Shown: piece by piece, positions 61,652-64,000 of the stretch
How the letters are laid out: the number at the start of each line of letters is the position of its first letter
Position numbering within the stretch: the first letter of the stretch is position 1
Origin: Geminicoccaceae bacterium
Lineage (GTDB): Bacteria; Pseudomonadota; Alphaproteobacteria; Geminicoccales; Geminicoccaceae
Direction of reading: 5' to 3'
Assembly (NCBI GenBank): GCA_028279345.1
Contig: JANQNY010000045.1
Span: 3,569-67,568 of the forward strand
DNA length: 64,000 nucleotides
Program-made: the position numbers and the translations under genes
Notes under the pieces: generated by a model
The model's input: only the letters and a program-made list of their open reading frames with translations
The model's database searches: none
Told to the model about the DNA's origin: nothing

Positions 61652-62101
61652 TCAGCCTTCTTCAGAACCCGAAAAGACGAACCGGCCGATCAAGTCCTCG
61701 AGGTTGATCGCCGACTGCGTGAACGCGATCTCGTCGCCGTCCGCGAGCAGCTCCATCTCCGCACCCGGCTGCAGGTCGACATAACGGCCCCCGAGCAGGC
61801 TTTCACTCAGGATCCTGGCCGAGCTGTCGCTCGGCAGCTCGACGTCGTTCGCCACGCTCAAGGTAAGGATCGCCTGAAACGAGACCGGATCGAGCCGGCT
61901 CGCGAGCACTTGGCCGACCTTGATGCCGCTGATCCGGACATCGGAGCCGACGGTGATCCCGTCGATCCGGTCGAAGGCGGCGTCGACGCGGTAGCCGCCG
62001 GGGTCGGCGACGTCACTCGTCGTGTAGGCGTAGGCGACGAAGCCCAAGGCGACGATGAGCACGATCGCTCCGAGGATCGTCTCGACGAGGCTACGCGACA
62101 T
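61652..62101 (-). CDS. mlaD: outer-membrane lipid asymmetry protein MlaD (short alphaproteobacterial form)
   Basis: N-terminal TM segment and an MCE domain (GITVGSDVRISGIKVGQV). Confidence 0.8.
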   Translation of the reverse strand: MSRSLVETILGAIVLIVALGFVAYAYTTSDVADPGGYRVDAAFDRIDGITVGSDVRISGIKVGQVLASRLDPVSFQAILTLSVANDVELPSDSSARILSESLLGGRYVDLQPGAEMELLADGDEIAFTQSAINLEDLIGRFVFSGSEEG

Positions 62102-62124
62102 AGTGGGTCCTTGCTGAGAGCTGG

Positions 62125-63060
62125 CTAGGAACTCCTAGCCGATGCCGGCTCCACGTCCAACAGCGCACGGGCGAAGGCATCTGCCTCGAACGGGCGAAGG
62201 TCGTCGATGCCTTCGCCGACGCCGACGGCGTGCACCGGCAAGCCGAAGCTCTCGGCGAGCGCCACGACCACGCCGCCGCGCGCGCTGCCGTCGAGCTTGG
62301 TCACCACGAGCCCGGTCACGTCCACCGCGTCCCTGAAAAGCTCCACCTGGCGGTGGGCGTTCTGCCCGGTCGTCGCGTCGAGTACGAGGATGCTGGCGTG
62401 CGGTGCCGCGTCGTCCTGCTTCTTGAGCACGCGGGCGATCTTCTTGAGCTCGTCCATCAACGTCGCCTTGTTGTGCAGCCGGCCGGCCGTGTCGACCAGG
62501 AGCACGTCGAGCCCGTCGGTCTTGGCTCGCACCAGGGCGTCGAAGGCGAGGCCGGCGGCATCGGCACCGGGTTCCGCCTTGAAGAGCGCAACACCGGCGC
62601 GCTCGCTCCAGACCTCGAGCTGCTCGATTGCGGCCGCCCTGAAAGTGTCGCCGGCCACCACGCCGACCCGCCGACCGTCGCGCGCGAGCTCGGCCGCCAG
62701 CTTGCCGATCGTGGTCGTCTTGCCCGTCCCGTTCACGCCCGCCACGAGCACGACGAAAGGCCGGGCGCCTTCGACGCGGAGCGGCTTGGCGATGGGGGCG
62801 AGCGTCTCGGTGATGTAGCCGGCGAGCGCTTCCTTGACCTCGATGTCCGAGACGTCCTTGCCGAAGCGATCCTTGGCGAGGCGCTGGCAGAGCTTTCCGG
62901 CCGTCACGACCCCGAGGTCCGCCTGGATCAGAGCTTCCTCGAGCTCTTCCAATGTCTCATCGTCGAGGCGCCGCTTGGTGAAGATCGCCGTGACGTTGTC
63001 GGTCAGTGATTGCGAGGAGCGCTTGAGGCCGCCTCTCAGCCGTTCCCACCAGGACGCCAT
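62125..63060 (-). CDS. ftsY: signal recognition particle receptor FtsY
   Basis: NG domain (GVNGTGKTTTIGKLA, DTAGRLHNK, TKLDGSARGG). This is the short form lacking the acidic A domain. Confidence 0.95.
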   Translation of the reverse strand: MASWWERLRGGLKRSSQSLTDNVTAIFTKRRLDDETLEELEEALIQADLGVVTAGKLCQRLAKDRFGKDVSDIEVKEALAGYITETLAPIAKPLRVEGARPFVVLVAGVNGTGKTTTIGKLAAELARDGRRVGVVAGDTFRAAAIEQLEVWSERAGVALFKAEPGADAAGLAFDALVRAKTDGLDVLLVDTAGRLHNKATLMDELKKIARVLKKQDDAAPHASILVLDATTGQNAHRQVELFRDAVDVTGLVVTKLDGSARGGVVVALAESFGLPVHAVGVGEGIDDLRPFEADAFARALLDVEPASARSS

Positions 63061-64000
63061 CAGGCGGCGATCCGGCCGTGCAGCACGCCGCCCTCGTGGC
63101 GCGTTGCGTGCACTCTGACGATCGCGCCCGCGGCGCCGTCGCCGGCGAGGACGATGGGGGCGAAGTGCGGTGTGTGCCCCCGCCCGCCGCGTTCGAGCAG
63201 CACGTCGTGCTCCTGGCCGATGAGCCGGCCGCAGAGCTGGGCGAGTGCCGCATCGCCGGCAGCGCGCAACCGCGCCGCACGCTCCTTGATCGCGGCCTTC
63301 GGCAGTTGCGGCATGCGTGCGGCGGGCGTTTCCGGTCGTGGCGAGTAGGGGAAGACATGGAGGAAGCTCAAGCCTGCCTCCTCGACCAGCCGCAAGGTGT
63401 CTTCGAAATGCTGCTCGGTCTCGGTGGGGAAGCCCGCAATGAGGTCGGCGCCAAAGGCGAGCTCCGGGCGGCGCGCCCGCAGTCGTTCGGTCAACCGGAT
63501 GACGTCGTTGCGCGCGTGGCGCCGCCGCATGCGCTTGAGGATCAGGTCGCTCCCCGCCTGAACGCTCAGATGCACGTGCGGCATGAGCCGCGCTTCCGTC
63601 GCGATCAACCGCTCCAGTGTCGGGTCGACCTCAGCCGGATCGATCGATGAGAGGCGCAGCCGCTCGACCTCGGGCACGAGGCGCAACAGGCGCTCGATCA
63701 TCGAGCCCAAGCTCGGGCGACCCGGCAGGTCCTTGCCGTAGGAGGTGAGATCGACGCCTGTCAGCACGACCTCGAGATAGCCGGCCTCGATGAGCTTCCG
63801 CACCTGCGCGACGATCGCGCCCAGCGCTACCGAGCGGCTGGCCCCGCGGCCGTAGGGGATCACGCAGAAGGTGCAGCGGTGATCACAGCCCTGCTGCACC
63901 TGAACGAACGCGCGGCTGCGGCCGTCGAACCCGTCGACCAGATGCTCTGCCGTCTCGCGCACCGCCATGATGTTGCCGACTTGCACCGGCGGGGCCGCCT
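63060..64000 (-). CDS. mtaB: radical-SAM methylthiotransferase MtaB/MiaB-like (N-terminus outside the window)
   Basis: QQGCDHRCTFCVIPYGRG radical-SAM cluster and a TRAM-like C-terminus. The frame is open to the window end. The stop overlaps the ftsY start. Confidence 0.85.
   Translation of the reverse strand, partial: AAPPVQVGNIMAVRETAEHLVDGFDGRSRAFVQVQQGCDHRCTFCVIPYGRGASRSVALGAIVAQVRKLIEAGYLEVVLTGVDLTSYGKDLPGRPSLGSMIERLLRLVPEVERLRLSSIDPAEVDPTLERLIATEARLMPHVHLSVQAGSDLILKRMRRRHARNDVIRLTERLRARRPELAFGADLIAGFPTETEQHFEDTLRLVEEAGLSFLHVFPYSPRPETPAARMPQLPKAAIKERAARLRAAGDAALAQLCGRLIGQEHDVLLERGGRGHTPHFAPIVLAGDGAAGAIVRVHATRHEGGVLHGRIAA

Overview
High-GC (roughly two-thirds G+C, judged by eye) alphaproteobacterial-type chromosomal segment. 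It is densely coding and mostly housekeeping. Core blocks: pyrG-kdsA-eno-ftsB-pdhA-pdhB-pdhC-lpdA-lipA; ispDF-cinA; ntrB-ntrC-ntrY-ntrX-trkA-dat-hfq-hflX; mazG; xseA; asd; leuB; leuC/leuD; rplS-trmD-rimM-rpsP-ffh; selO; cspA; the SOS mutagenesis cassette imuA-imuB-dnaE2; mlaD; ftsY; mtaB. I saw no rRNA, tRNA, CRISPR array, transposase or integrase. Several small, compositionally deviant accessory insertions sit on this backbone. (1) A ~1.8 kb AT-rich islet (48995-50755) lies directly downstream of dnaE2 and is co-oriented with it. It encodes an ORC/STAND-like P-loop ATPase and an overlapping ORF with a C-terminal HExxH motif; the two may be one frameshifted gene. This is my best candidate for an undescribed defence-like module, possibly under SOS control. 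(2) A vapBC toxin-antitoxin pair is wedged between imuB and dnaE2, and twin alphaproteobacterial LexA boxes lie upstream of imuA. (3) Two tandem Cys-rich paralogs of unknown family. (4) An 828-aa fusion of a kinase-like domain, a TolB_N-like module and TPRs, in a lower-GC patch. (5) An accessory patch between hflX and mazG holds a divergent DUF62/SAM-hydrolase-like protein, a low-GC DUF1801 gene flanked by GCCAAAA motifs, and an 88-aa ORF bracketed by a duplicated GNAT 3' end. (6) A HAD hydrolase gene bracketed by a duplicated leuD 3' end. (7) An orphan pair of PEP-CTERM-locus-type ATPases. All family assignments come from motif recognition by eye, not from searches. Start codons are approximate where noted.
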